A stretch of 63,919 bases of DNA, counting the filler, from Klebsormidium nitens (lineage: Eukaryota > Plantae > Klebsormidiophyceae), in assembly GCA_000708835.1 (NCBI GenBank). It is 6 parts of 6 records of this genome, joined end to end, with 100 filler letters (N's around TTAATTAATTAA, not from the genome) between each part and the next. Parts side by side here need not be neighbours in the genome. Positions count along the whole stretch, not along the records: positions 1 to 26,155 come from DF237830.1; 5 more parts are not named here. One strand, 5' to 3'. Positions 1 through 14,600 of this stretch are shown piece by piece. Each line of letters begins with the position of its first letter. Positions within the stretch are counted from its first letter, which is position 1. The notes below the pieces were generated by a model. The model saw nothing but the letters and a program-made list of their open reading frames with translations, searched no databases and was not told the origin of the DNA. A program made the translations under genes and the position numbers.

Positions 1-781
1 ATCGAACGGCGAAGCCGAACACAACTTATCCTGAACGGTGACATCGGCTCACTGAAGCCGATCCATCCGGGATATTACGCCGTCTTGCAGACAGCCACGC
101 AGTGCGTCGTTAAGACGTAACCACCGCCGTTTCGCTAACTCGCGGTCAACGAAATCCTGTCGAGAACGAGGTTAGGCTTAACCAGTCGTAATCGTTACAC
201 TAGGGCGTACTTTGGATAGCGAGCTGGTAGTAGAGTAAAAGCCAAGCATGAGCACTCATGATTTGGCAAATACTGACCTTTGTGGAATCCACAAAGCAAA
301 TTGTGCGCATTCGTTGCATGACATTTCTTACCATGGCAACATCTTCACCACACGAAGCGATCATCGAGCGACTTGATCAAATCAACGAGTCATTTGAATC
401 GATGGACATATGCGACATAGTCCTTGGCCCTAGAGCGACCTTATGCAATTGTAAAGCTAGGTACCCCTAATAACTTACACACGTCTACGACTCCCGCACG
501 CTGCTCGCAATAAATAAAAGTTCTTGACGAAAAGCAGCCACTGCTCCCACGTCATACCAGTCTTCCATGTCTTCATCAAGCAGCTGCAAAAGCAGAGTGC
601 AGAGTACTGTCAATCACGAGGATCTATATACTCATCCACCAGCCTTTTTTGGGTGCTTTCTAGGGTCTCACGGGTGCAAAGGATCTCCAGAATTCAGCAC
701 GAGAGAGCCGGCTTACCAACCTTGAAACTTGAAGAGCAACCAATGAAGGAGTACTAGCAGATTCAAGTAGCGAGCACTTAC

Positions 782-2285
782 CCTTTTCAAGGTTCTCTTT
801 GGGTCGGAGAAGAGGCGGGCCACGTTTAGAAGCGTGCATAGCCCACAGTCTATCGAGTTCGGCTGCTGTGGGACCTGCAATTGATCGTGAAACGCTCCGT
901 CTGCTCTTACCCATGATTTTTGCCTTTCGCTTGAGAATACTTGAACATGTTGGAGCATTTAAGTAGATTCAACTGGAGTCGTTTGTAAAAAGTCAAACAC
1001 AGAGAGTCTCAGACTTTCAGCAACATGAGCGCATAGAATCGGATAGAGACACACTTCGAGAAAGTAGAAACTATTTGAACACCTGAACAGCTGAGGAAGA
1101 CCCTTACATATCCCGTCTGAATGGGGAACGCCTCCCAAATGATATTCGTTGTGCTGCTGGCTGCTCCAAAAGCCATCGCGGCAAGAAACCTGTTCAACGT
1201 ATGGAACACTTGCTGATGTTAGTACGACTGACTTAGACATCAGCACGACCAACTTGGGTCAGAAACGAGCTTGCTTCAAATTGAGATGAAAGCCAGTTCA
1301 CTTCAAGACAAGGAACGCAGAAGTACAAGTTTAGTTTCAAAGCAAGTACTTGGTGCCCAATTTCAGGTCAAGTGCCTGTACCTTTGGAGGGGCATGCCGA
1401 GCGAATTGTGCAAGCCCTGCGGACGTAGAGAATCAAGATGCAGTATGCAGCGCCGGCATTCCGGTGCCCTTTCCACTTTTGCCCGATCAAACACAACGAA
1501 CAAGGAACAATGTCCTCTGCATGGCAAAACAAGCTTGCTCAAAAACGAGACGAACAAAGAAAGCATTGTACAAAGAACTTCGACGGAATGTTGATCGAGG
1601 AGGCCCGGAGCGTACAGGATCGTTTAGACGCTCTCTTTCAGCTTGCAAGACCTTCGATTAGCGTCGTAGCTGACGAAGACGACGTCTCATCAGCAGATCC
1701 TGCCACTTCTGAAACATGGGGCGTTAGGAATTTGAGGCCTCACGTGACAACCACGGGGATCAACGTGACAGGTCTTTGCAACAAATCACTCGCTCCAGGG
1801 AAAGCGAGCAGAGTTCGCAACTCCCTAGAAGAAGGGCGGCGCCCGGCACGGAAGCTCTTGGACACCCTCTGTAGAAAGAAGATGTTCATAACCAGCGGCT
1901 TATTCCGCCCCCTTGTTAGTTGATCTTCGAAGTACCTGGTTGAGAAGACGTTGACGTTGTCAAGAGACCAACACAGAGTCAAGGCTGTGCAAAGGCTTTT
2001 TTCTGGACGCACTCAAAGGTTGCAAATGATCGTTGCGACAGTAACATGCGCGTTTTTGAACAAGGCAACAATACTCGATGCCTATTCCAGTGCTGCAAGC
2101 AGCAATCTGTACACGGGAGAATCTCCTTTGAAATAGTTGGATAAGAAAAGACTATATTACCTGCCGAAGAAGTCGACGACGGCGTTGTTGAGCTCCAGCT
2201 GGTTGCGCAGGCAGTCCAGGTCGGCTCGGGTCACTTCCAAGGACCCTCCGATCCCCGTCCCTTGGAAATATGATGGTTCCATGAT
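782..2285 (-). CDS. Spliced Ulp1/SENP-like (peptidase C48) cysteine protease, core exons; 5' and 3' ends unresolved
   Basis: Exon 2285-2161 (tag|...|gtaata) encodes EVTRADLDCLRNQLELNNAVVDFFG, the Ulp1 N-terminal DL..L....LN..V.F motif. NVFSTRYF lies near 1960-1920. Exon 1516-1382 (cag|...|gtacag) encodes GHCSLFVV...CILHLDSL (His, Asp). Exon 873-782 (cag|...|gtaagt) encodes VPQQPNSIDCGL (oxyanion Gln, catalytic Cys). Confidence 0.75.
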
Positions 2286-2794
2286 CTAGGTTGAAACAAG
2301 AAGACATCTATCAAGAAGCAGGATCTTCATCCAGCATCGACTGATTGTCTGAGCAGAGTTGAATAACGACGTTTGCATAGGTAGCAGTCAATCGCCCGCA
2401 GATCGTATGACAAACCGAGGCAACGAACAAACACAAACGGGAAGACAGAGAGGCCTTTCACGCATAATTCGAACGACTTGTAAAATACGAGTGAAAGCTG
2501 CCACAGACACAAACAGACTGATGTAACGGTTTGTGGAATCGATCGTTGATACCTGTGGCATGACTGCAACCTTCGTCGTCACTTGGAACCACCATCGGCT
2601 TCACCTCAGACTTGGCCTTCTTATTGAGCCGCTGCTCAAAATGCCCTGATCTCTGCGGGCACACTGGAGCATCTTAGCTGGAGGACATGCCATAATGATG
2701 TAGACGACCTATTCAGGAAGACAACCTAGCACACTTTTTAGCACCGGCTATGGTACCCACAAAGACTTGGACAACTGGGCACCCTCACGTTCTT

Positions 2795-5700
2795 TCATCC
2801 GTTGTACTTGGAAATTCTGTACGGCCGAGAATCCGCAAGCGAAGTGATTGGCGGGGATTGCGAGATTGAGAAACACTCCTCCCAGTCATAGACAAAGCTG
2901 ACCGGCACAATAAGATCGAATTGAGTGTACGAATGCTTGCCTTTCGAAGACTTCTCCGCTGATTGGACAAGGATTCGGGGCAAGGGGCGGGCGTGTGTTG
3001 CTCGTCCGCATCCGCTTCTTGCGCAGAACACTGATCGAAAGCTGCAATAGAAGCATACTAAAGCTCAAACCTGAGATCGGAATCCAAACAGACATGAACA
3101 ACGTACAGGGGCGGAACAATCGGTGGTCGAGGGCAAAAAGCACAACTCTTGACTAGAGCAGAACGTTGTCTTCCAAGTGCCTAGAAAGCGCGCAACAGTC
3201 GAGAGGGTATGACCAAGCTGCGTTTGACTGGTCACGTTACATTGTGTAACCAACGTCGCACAAGAATTGAATCTGGACCCGAATTTCTTGAGAAAGCAAA
3301 GCATTGGCCCACATATTCAGTACCTGCTCCCGTGGAAAGCTTGGTGTCCCGAACACTGGTGTTGGAGGGCGTGGTTGGCATGCCTCCAGATGCTGGGCCT
3401 GGCCGAAGGGACGTTGCTCGCAAGGGATCCTCAGCGATGCCCTCGAGGGGCATCAGTTCAGCACCGCTGATGTCATGATCTGCAGCGCACGATCGGTGAT
3501 GAGCACAGGACTACTTAAAGCCTACATTGCATCTGAAGATGGCAACCCTTTTCAAAGTAAAGGATAACGTTTCGGAATAGATGACAGTAGTACTGATTCA
3601 AAAAGCTAATCTGAACAATACCGCTTCTAATATTACCATGGTCAAGCAACACTGAATCTGCTTGGCACTGCGAATCAAGCACTGACAGGCGCGTGCCCAT
3701 CTTCAACAGAGCTTTGCTTGACAAGAAAAATCTCTTTGTTTTGGGTGAAGAGCATTGAGGCCCTCATAGATCTACGTTAACGGATTAGTGACCCGCGTGC
3801 TTCAGGATTTCATTACAAAAGTGGCCTGGCAGAAGCGTGCAGACTTTCTCCATTTGGTCTTTCGCTTTGACGTACAGGGCTTACCAGTCTGAGCCATGGA
3901 GGAGACGCTGCCAACCCCGTGTGCTCGAACCAGATTCTCGCAACCAAGGTGAAACTTCCCAAGCGTCTGGCTTGTCGTCACGGAGTCCTTAAAAAAAGCC
4001 TCCTGCACCCAAACATCCATTAGATAGGCTGGCCCCTAGGCAGCAGCAAAGACAACTGTGAAGGTCAAAACATCCTTAACAGTGCAACAACAGCAAGGCA
4101 GATGCGTTCCGATCACAGGTTGTCCAAGTACTCACATGAAGCTTCTCAAACAGGGAGTTGTGAACACGTTGCTGAGAACTGGCATCAATGAGGACGGCTC
4201 TTAACTGTCCCACACTCAATGGCCAGCGGGGAGGAAAATCGAAGCATAGCTTCCAGCGCTGGTTGCTCAGAAGAACGACATAGTGTCTGGCTGAGGGAAA
4301 CTCTCTTGCCGCCCTGCATAGCAATTGAGATCTCTCAAGTGGAACGGAGCTGATGATGCAGGAAAAGCGATTTTGCAGGAGGGGGATGACGATGCAATGG
4401 AACCAGAGAAAGAGGACTTAGTCAACACCAGATGCAAGAATGCACTACTAATCACTTCCTGCCCAAGGATACAAGCGGCCCGCACTATCTGGTGCCAGCT
4501 CACCTCATTGCTTTCTCGGAATATCCTTCGCCGACTAGCTCCGTTGGAACATATGCTAGTGCGTGGCTGACAAATGCATGGCGGTAACTCAGCGCAACGT
4601 CCTCCAACATAAAACGAGTGACAATCTCCTGGAAGTTGAGCGTCCCTACTATGCCCAAAAAACTCTCCTGAATGTCACTTAAGGCGGGGTCCGGAAACTG
4701 CATAAAGAGCGACAGAGCGAAGCTCAACCAAAATCTACTAGTACCGCATGCATCAGGTAGCCATAGATCTTTTTTGGCATGTAGAAGATCACCAGCAAGA
4801 GAATCAGCAACAAATGCATATGCAAATTCCATCATTGAGTGGTGCAAAAAGGGTACGACCACAATGTTCAGAAGGTATAGGTTGTTTCCAAATGTGGCAG
4901 GGACAGTCATGTTAATACCTGGATTTTGACTATGCTTCGATAGTCCTTGGCCATCGTCACCACAAGGGACTCCTCAGCTCCCTGTTCTTGTCTGCTGAAA
5001 TCGCTGGAGTACTCCAAGAAGGAAAGGTTGATCTTGAAAAGGAAGTGCTCAACCTCTTCCACTGAGGCAACACTCTGGATCCTCGCAATCAGGTTCAGCA
5101 CCTTGGCACGCCTGTAAAAGAGCGGGACAGGCAGCAGATGAATCCTCAAGTTAGAGCAGATACTAGCAAAGGACTTCTGAATCCAAGGTGTGAACAGGCG
5201 CAAAGGCAGAAAGCATGACTCAAACATTTGTGTCTGATCAACGACCAGTGGAAATCCTGAATATATGCATGCCTCTATCACAGCAATGTAGGAGGAATGA
5301 TAGTTTGCATGCAACAGCTAGCGATTCGCCTTGAGCACAACTGCATCAACACAAGCAAGCGCAGGCAACAGGCTGTTGCACGGGTGTTGAACTCCCGGAA
5401 TCTGGAGACGCTGTCATCTGCCGTGCAACGATTGTGCGCGATAAGCTGCAGGAGAAGCAAGAGCGCAAAGAAACCACCTAAATGGGTGATAGCTGGCCTC
5501 AGTTGTGGACTCAATAAGAGGGATCCCTCATATTGAACACGACTCACCAGCGCTCCGAGTCAGGTTGCAGCTCTCGGCGGAAGAAGCCAGGGCGCTTGGG
5601 CAGCGGCTTCAGCACAACATCAGTGGAATCAACGAGAGTGCCCATTTCTGTGCCAGTGACGGTGGCCCGCAGGAGCTGTTTTGCATCAGGTGCCTGAGCG

Positions 5701-6065
5701 ACCCCTTCCGCATTGACTATCCCGTGGTCGTTGTGCAACCTATTTGCATACTCGGTGGCCCGAGTAGAAAGGTCTGGAAGTGGGTAGCTCCACTTTCGAG
5801 CCAAACCTTTAAGCCCTCTCAAAATACTGTCCTGAATGCTCTGCGGTTGCTGCGATTTACTAAACACAGCACCGGTCACATTGTCTGTCACTCTAAAAAG
5901 CTCTCTAACAAGCTCGTGAAATTCCTTCTTTTGGCGTGCGCTTAGCTTCATCTCCACATTCTCCTTCTGCCTGGCAGCAACAACAATGCCTGTTACAGTA
6001 CCTGCTTCCAGAGCGCCCCTTCCACCCCCAACTTCGGAAACCCCTGCTTTGCTTGCTTCCATCAT
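2795..6065 (-). other. Coding-like fragments upstream of the Ulp1 core (possible N-terminal exons or a decayed transposon gene)
   Basis: Several 70-170 aa minus-strand ORFs, some with good donors (5548 |gtgagt). Cys/basic clusters include CARSGCGRA and KPCTSKRKTKWRKSARFCQATF, the latter weakly FAR1/WRKY-GCM1-like. No continuous model could be built. Confidence 0.3.
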
Positions 6066-8631
6066 TATTGTTCCAGCTTTTGGTAACCCGCGACAAGATA
6101 TTCAGTTCTCAACCACAGCAGCACTACAGTGGGGTAAAAGTTTGCTCATGGCCTTCCTCCTCCAAAGAAAGGTATCAAACTTCGAAGATCAAAGGACGGC
6201 ACTTGACAATGACAGGGCTGACCCTTCTGTGCAGATTGAAATCCGAGTCTGTGAGTCCTGATCGGACTCCCAGTCCAGCTGCTCAGCATCATTGGACCGC
6301 CCTGCCTTACCGGCCAAGCTCGGCCCAAACTTGATTCGTTTGATGATGGCACATGGCGCCGATCGAACGGAGTCAACTTCTACGCCGGGCACTGGGCCAA
6401 GTCGAAATTTGTTAAAACTATGAACACAATGAATACGAACATGAGATCGTGACAATTTTGCCCGCTCGTACACAAATATCAGCTCGAGGAAACAGATCTG
6501 GCTGATTCCGGAGCATCCGACATACGTACACAGGTTTTACAGGATGTGTCCAATTTTCTCACCTGCTTCCAACCTTCCAAGCTTTTATATTTGGAGGTTT
6601 CAATGACAAAATCTAGGAATGTATCATCAAGATATCGTACAGATATCCAGAATCAGAGTCGGGTTTTGGGGGCCAAAATAAAAATATCATATGTCGATTT
6701 TTAAAAAAAATCTAAAATCCGAGTCGGTCGCGGACCGGAAACTCCATATATCGACTTCGCGTGGCCTTACATGTTTCTCTCGAGGCCGCGCTGGCAAATT
6801 ACCACCACAATTCTGGGTTTTAGGGTTTAAAGGTTTGGATTTTCGCACTAGAAAAAGCTCGAAGTACAAAGTGCCACGTGTGTCTTATGGTTGTAAGTCA
6901 GACTGTCAGACATATTGGCAGGTGGAGAGTTCTAAACTCGGAAGTTGGAGCCAATTTGAGATCGGATTCGTATCTAAACGACCGGATCGTGGGCCGTGGC
7001 GCGTGCGATGTCCGAACCAGGATGATAAGCTCTCTTTTTCAGCTCTTATCATCTTGTCAGTGACAAGGCATATTCTTGTTCAAGACAGTCCAAGTTTCCA
7101 ACGCTTCGCTTGCCTGTCCAGAAAACGACGTCAGCCCGGCCTTGCCGGAACTTTAACCCGACCCAGTTCCAGCCCGGTGACTAGAGCCCCGAGGGCCGAA
7201 TCAAATTGCACACTGCCAGCAAAGAGTCGACCGGGCTTGCCTATCACCATCCCCGCCTGGGTGAGGGAAGTTTCGACTTGACCCTGCGCCGGTTGCAGCG
7301 TTGCACGCTACATCATACGTCACCAGGCACAGAATCTAGAAACAAAGATTGGACACGTGTCTGTTTCGTAAGTGATCACATCCAGAGCGCCCCCGGGGGC
7401 CCGGGCCTGGGCCGTCAATGATGATCGCAATTCGCGTCCTCTTTCCTCGAGAGAACGGAATCGCATGTTGGCCAGGATTTAATATTGACAAACACTGCAA
7501 AAATACCATATCTCAAGAAAAACACTAAAAGTTAAGACTTGACCCGGTCGAGGATAGTACAGGACCCTTGGATTCCCCTATCTAACCCGACCCGTCCCGC
7601 TAAAGTATATTCTCATACGCATTGATACTATTGACGTAATATATTTTGATTCTAATGCTTTATTCCTCGGGTCCCAAGCCCCGGGGAATCGAGCAAGGCG
7701 CGGCTCGCGGCCCCGGTGGTGACGCAGTTTACTGTTTATGTAAGCTGGGTGCCGTACGTCAGCGCCGAGCGGCCATGGACTTTGACTTGGCGACAGAATT
7801 TGACACACTTACTCTCCTTGGGTGAGTTTCCTACGAGGAGGGAGCTGATGTGTCAATTTGGATCGTGACCTCTGCCATCCGACGGGCAGCCCAACTGTCA
7901 CTTCGACCGGTCGTCTGACACGATCCGTACGCTTTAGCAGCCGCGACGGTATGGTGAACAGTACGTACCGCAGATACTCATATAAAAAGACGGACCAATA
8001 ATTTGAATCCCGACTCCCGAGTCCCGAGTTCGTCGACCCCCGTGCGAATTACAACTCCCGGCTGGGCAATCCATGGCCGGCACTGGGCAGAATCTTCAGA
8101 GCGACTCGATCTGGAAAGTCGATTTTTACCGGTTGTAATTGATCTCCTTTCCGGACCCATCCGGACCCTTCCTCCCGGCTGCTACCTCTGATTTGACCGT
8201 TTTACGGGTTTTACCGTCTACGTAGTACGTACCGGGCAGGCTCCAAATTCCAACTCCTAAATGCGGCCAACGGTCATCGTCGCAGGCCATAATGATGGGC
8301 TGAAATAACTATCTCTTCGCACCAATTTTGTCAACGATGAGGTCAGAGGCGCGCCGCGCAGCTCTAGTGGATCCAGTCCTGGTCTACGTAGCACGGTACA
8401 CAGTACAGCCTACAGGCTGCAGAATTTTGGGACAGGATGAAGCTGTGAACTTTCAACTTTGCGAGAAGCCATGGCGTCCCCTCCTTGAATTTGCTTCTGC
8501 TTGCAAGCTGCTTCTGGCGAGGGCGATGCTGGCTTGAAGTTGGGGCAGTGAAAGAGACGAAAGAGACGCGCATCTGCAGACGAGGGGGAAATTCGGCCGT
8601 TTCGAGGATCAGAAGAAGGTCACACATCGCC

Positions 8632-11600
8632 ATGTCGTCACTGAGCAGGGAGCTCGTGTTCCTCATCCTGCAATTCCTGGACGAGGAGAAGTTTAAGGAG
8701 ACAGTGCACAAGTAAGTGTGGCTTTACGAGCAGCTTGTTCCCTATGCTCTTGAACGCTCATGCTCTAATCTAATCAGCGTCTTTTGTTATCTCCATCCTC
8801 TCGTCGCGTTCCTGAAGAAGATTTGCCTTTGAACAGGCTCCGCCGGTTGTCGTTTCTCACGGGGCGAAATGAGCTCTGACTAAGGTGGCTTTGAAGGTGG
8901 GGCTTCTACATGCCAGTCAGGTCAATCAGTCTGCCAAAAGCAGATGATCCAAAGTGCAAGAAAGGTACAGGTGCTTGGGCTTTTGGTTACGAAGCTCGCT
9001 TTGTTGCACTGCTTGTGCTGCGAATTGCGAGCAATTCCATCGTTTCTTGCTTCTTGATTGAAAGCCCGCTTGCCCTACGAGGCAAAAGGAACTGGCCGGG
9101 TTGGTCTTTCGTCCCCTGCCCATTGCACGGCTTACTTTACATGCATCGTAATATACATGGTGCCGTGTGGCACTTCTCTCAGCATGGGCAGCTTACCTAT
9201 CCACACACTTGAAGCTTCGTTGTGTATGAGGGCACAACGCGCTTATGGGCCTGCACTCATCGTTGTGCCTACCGACAATTCGAGGTGCTGACCATCTAAA
9301 GTAGTCAGCCTTGGGATAAGATTCACTAAGGCTCAAGCCGCATCGTTCCTTAAGGGGTTGAGTGGTGTCGCTTCCACACACGAGGGGACTCGAAGTCCAC
9401 TTGCCGTCCTGCCTAAGTCAGCATTGGCGGGACGTTCGAAGTCTGGGTTCGAATTGTTGCATGTATCTGTTCAGCCCACGTTGCTTAGTTCTGAGCTTTT
9501 ACCCGCAGTGAGAGTCAGCAATTGAATGGTCAGAAGGGCAGCTTGTATTTACCACAGAGCCTCGGATTCGGCAGGAAAAACATTGATGAACCTGTGAGGG
9601 ACCTTGCTCCATTACTTTAAGAGTTACGTCGGTTTTACCTGAGGTTTACCTGAATCATAGTAGGTCTTTTGTGCTAGCTCGTTTTAGCTGGGGAGGGGCA
9701 GGCCTCTGTCGGCAACGCAGAATCTCGTGGCAGCATGAGTTACTGGGGATAGCTTATGGGGAGTGCCCATGTCGACAAGGTTCGGTCACTGCATTGGACA
9801 ATACCCCATTGGCTGCAAGAAGCATCTTGTGGTGGATTGTGGGCTTAGACTTGCATTCGTTATGTGGAATGTTTTATTAGAATGGCCCTTTAACATAGAC
9901 ATGCTGACAGGAGTCATCTGCTTCTCTCACCTTGGAGAGCCCAGCAAGTACAGTAATTGGTCCCTTGACACCATGTCTCGTCTTCTTGAGGAAGTCCCAT
10001 ACTGAGCTGGAACAGGGGTGCAACAAGTCTGCTGCCCACATCTCGTCACCTCGCAAGCAGTCAACAGCATTTCCTTAGTTTGACTCAGGGCACTTCTGAC
10101 CCTGATTGACTGCTTTTCGTCGTGAGACGTGTAAGCTTCATTTGACATTGAACTCTAGCGCCAATGCATCAGCCTGTTTCACATTTATTCATTATGCCCC
10201 TTATGCTGGTTTGCAGGTTGGAGCAGGAGTCTGGCTTCTACTTCAACATGCGCTATTTCGAGGAGGCAGTCGTGGCGGGCGAATGGGATGATGTCGAGCG
10301 GTACCTCTCGGGCTTCACCAAGGTCGACGACAACCGCTACTCCATGAAGATCTTTTTTGAGATCCGGAAGCAGAAGTACCTTGAGGCACTTGACAGGTGA
10401 GACCCAATTTGTGCACGGTAAAACACCCAAGTTATGGTTTGGCCATATCATTTTGTGGCACCACAGTGCTTTTACAATTGAGGTGGCTGTGTAATGTCAG
10501 AAAGTGTGGACCAAATGATTGGTGACAGCTGGATGCATGATGGGCGCCCAAGAGGCAGCGCTCAAAGTATCGCAACCAGGATATTCCATTGGCATTCCCT
10601 GTCAGTTCACGAAGTTAAGAGCAGTCACTTTTGGAGGCCAACGCAGTAATTGCTGGGGGAGTCGCTATTTTGCCCCCACCTTTTCAAGCTTCATTCACCA
10701 TTAAGCTTGATTGTTGGTCAAATTGTCTGACAGCCGGAAGACAAACGCTTGGTCCCGCTAAGCTGTTAACCAAGTGCTAACCAACTTTCGTAACCCGGGC
10801 GGTTATGCAGGCAAGACCGTGCCAAGGCCGTCGAGATCCTGGTGAAGGACCTTAAGGTGTTTGCCTCTTTCAACGATGAGCTCTACAAGGAGATTACCAG
10901 CCTCCTCACATTGGACAATTTCAGGTAAGGCTTGGGTCCCGTCCTAGAAGTCTCTGTTTAACCTGGTTAGCGGGTTCAGTTGGTTGCCAATTTATCAGAT
11001 TGCTGTGACTGAAACCGGGTTGACAATCTGTTGAATAATGTGGGTTAAGAGGCAAACCTTCTTGAGCTTCTATTCGAGTGCCCATGAGCCAAGGGGCGTT
11101 CCTGAGTTTGGGCACGGTACAGGTTATCCAGCATCCAGTTATCTAGTTGCCAGTATTCTGATTATCTACATAATTTCTTATATAGTTGACTGATTTGCTA
11201 GTTATCTGGTCATCTACTTATACTGGTTATTCAGTTATCTAGTTATCCCGTTGTCGTAGTATGCACATCATTGGGCAATGCGGCATTTACCAAGGAATGG
11301 CTCTCCTGCTTGCTGTTGAAGAAGGGCAAGCACAAAATTGACAAGTTGACCCACGTTTATCGCATAGATTGTGCTCTGAATGCTGGTCGAGTTTTTGCCC
11401 TTCTTAGCTGGGCATTGAGAGTTCTATACAGAGGGTTTGATGTGACCCGTGCCTTTGAACAGAGAAGCGCAGCCCAGGAAGGAGATGCTGTTCTGCAATT
11501 CATAGAATTCCCTCAAATTGTTCAGGATGTCAAGATTCAAATCTTTCCAAATTGTTCACAACACCTGTTTCTGACACTGCTGTGTAGACGACAACGTTCT

Positions 11601-14600
11601 TCCTTGCTTAGCTCAATTGTTGATCCTCTGACCCTGCCCCTGACGTCTCCTCCTGAGATTCCCCCCCTGAACCTCCCCCGCCTCACCTCCCCCCCGGCTG
11701 TTTGCCCCTGCTTGTTATCCTCAGAAGGTGCCCTCAAATTCGGTTCCCCCTGATGAGGTTTTCCCTCTCGTGTCACAGAGACAACGAGCAGCTGTCCAAG
11801 TACGGAGACACCAAGTCCGCCCGCAACATCATGCTCCTCGAGCTGCGCAAGCTTATCGAGGCCAACCCGCTGTTCCGCGACAAGCTCAGCTTCCCGGCAC
11901 TGAAGCTCTCGCGCCTCCGGACACTCATCAACCAGAGGTAAGGTCGTGCCTCATGGGTGACTTTAACTAATCCTTTTATGTGAAGGCTGGAAACTTGCGA
12001 CTCTTTGGGAATTAAGTGAGCTTGGCCGATGCCTTGATTTTGGTTGAACACGCAGTTGGTGATCTGTGTGTACTCTCAATGAGAGCAGATTAGATTTGTG
12101 GTGCCCATCGAACTGTTTGGCATAGTCTTTGCGTTCGATGCGCCCGCTCAAAGTAGATTATATCATGCACTTTGAGGTTTCTCAAACCAGGTTTCGTAAA
12201 CTCTGTTCCTCGTCCGCAGTCTCAACTGGCAGCACCAGCTGTGCAAGAACCCGCGCCCAAACCCCGACATCAAGACGCTGTTTGTGGACCACACGTGTGG
12301 CCCGGTGGCCACTAACGGCATGCCACGTGTCCCCCTCGCGTCGGGCGCGAATGCAAATGCAGTGGGCCCAAAAGCGGGGACAACGTTCCAGCTGGGAGGC
12401 CATGCGGTGAGGGGATCTCTTGGTGCTTTTGTGTGAGCTTTGTGGACAAGAAGCATGTCTATTCGCTTGAGTTCTGCGAGGCTCGTTAAAAGGAAGGCGC
12501 TCTTGCTCTTCGGAGGAAGCCTCTGGTACTCGGTCTCAGAGACTTCTCTCTTGAGGATAAACGGCTCATCCCGGGCTGTCCTTTTTGACTTCGTTCGAAA
12601 GCTCCAAAGGGGACTTTCACACAAGGGGAACCGTCAGACTCCGTGACACTGGTCCGAAACAATGTTATAGCAGTTGCTGAACTCCTCTAGCCGAAGTTAC
12701 ACCAGTAGAAAAAGCTGCTACAAGAGTTGCTGAACATATCTGCGGAAGTTGCAGGCATTCCAGCCGTCTGCAAGCGTAGCAGGCCCCACGGCAGGTCTGG
12801 CCAGCTGGATGGGGCCAAACGCAGCAACACCCATTCCGCCAGCGGCCGCGCCGCCAGTCACGAGTAAGTCGTCTTCACTCTTTGCCATCGACTTTAGGCA
12901 CGTCTATTGCCTTCAACTTGCTTGTTCGTCTTTCGGGTAATGGACTTTCTTTAGGTTGTCACCAGATGTATTTGTGCATGCATCGTTTTGTGGATGACCA
13001 TGAACTCCCGTCCTGAAAGGCGCAGTCATTTGAAAGGCGTAGTCTTTCGGACTTCTTTCGGCGAAGACGCACGAGAGGAGATTGAGAGCGCATCTTACCG
13101 ACCTCATCAGTGGTCGGAGCTACTCATTCGCCAAGGAATGAAGGGATTGGAATGCTGGATGACGGAGGTAATATTGTGTGCAGGCAAGCGGCCGCGGAGC
13201 CCCATCGGGTTGCCCGACAGCTACGAAGAGGGCATCAAGCGGCTGAAGGACTACCACGAGGTGAAGCCTTACAGCCTCCTCGCGTCTCTTCAAGTGCTTT
13301 CTCGTTTCTATTTATGTTTTGTGTTACAGTTTTAGCGTGTGCACAGGGGTGTTCCTACTCGACGTTTTTTACTTCTGTTGCTGGCGTAATCAAGTAATCA
13401 GCTTCCAAGACAGACCAAGGGAGATAGGCAGAAAGCTCCCTTTCTACTTTGCGCCATGGCCATGTACGGCTAATCTCGTCGCGAGCATCTTTGTATATCG
13501 TCAGAGAATGATTCAATCATACGCCTATTCCAGTTCGTCTTCAGCCGCCTGCTGATTCCGCTCGGTTGCCATAGAAGAATTGTTTGACTGGCTCTCCTTA
13601 TCAAGCTTTTGAGGATCCTTTGGTGCCAACCGGGGACTTTTTATTTGCAGACGGCCACCGCCGCCGCGACGCCAACTCTGCCCTCCCCCAACCTGGACGA
13701 TCTGCCGCGTAACGTCATCCGTACGCTGCACCAGGGGTCAACCGTCACCACGATGGACTTCCACCCCTTCCAGCACTCCACACTGCTAGGTAGGTATTGT
13801 TGCAGGTTGTGTCCTTTCGTGGCCCGTTATCTCGACAGACATTTGCGGTCTTCGTAACATCCTTCTTTCTGCATTTGGGGCCACCCCGTAACAGGGGGCT
13901 TGGTTTCTGGTAACTGGATGCAGGTTCTGTGAAAGTATACACGTTTTTTGGCTCTCAAAGGCGCTTCCATTTTGCGGACTGCCCAAAGACGGACATCCAA
14001 GAATGGTGATGGCGATGGCGATTCGTTTCTGCTCGCAAGGTGTTTCATAAATTAATCACGACTCCCCGTTCCTTGCAGTGGGCACCAACACGGGTGACGT
14101 GGCGGTGTGGGACCTGCGGCAGAGCGAGAAGAAGGTGGAGATGCGCTTCAAGTCGCAGATCGTGCACGACACCAGCATCGCCATCAACCGCGCCGTGTGG
14201 TCGCCCGAGGGGCGCCTCATCGGGGCCGCGTTCTCGAAGCGGGTCGTCCACGTGTTCAGCTACAACCCGACCGTCATGGAGGTTGCGCTTCACCTCGAGG
14301 TACGGACGTTGGGAAGGGGTTTCTTGTTCGAAATTGAAGGTTTTGGTGGGCGAATTTTTAGGGTGTATCCGCATCTCGGTTGTGCTGCGCTCATCCCCAA
14401 AACCGAAAGCTTGGATATGTTGGTCCTCGAACAGGGAGTCATAGGGGGTTTCTCCGGTTTTCGGGCTCTGGAGCTGCTGCTTCCCCCACGTTGGACGATA
14501 GAGGATCAAGGTTCACGAGTTGAGGATCTGTTTCTGTTCTAGGCGCAGTGGTGCCAAGCACCTCGTTCTCCTTACTTCTATGATACAGCTCCGTACTTTC

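Noticed and set aside
10760-11050. AACC-rich and GGTT-rich tracts flanking TPL exon 3 as an exon-looping inverted repeat
   Set aside because: Only 7-nt matches could be found; too weak without computation.
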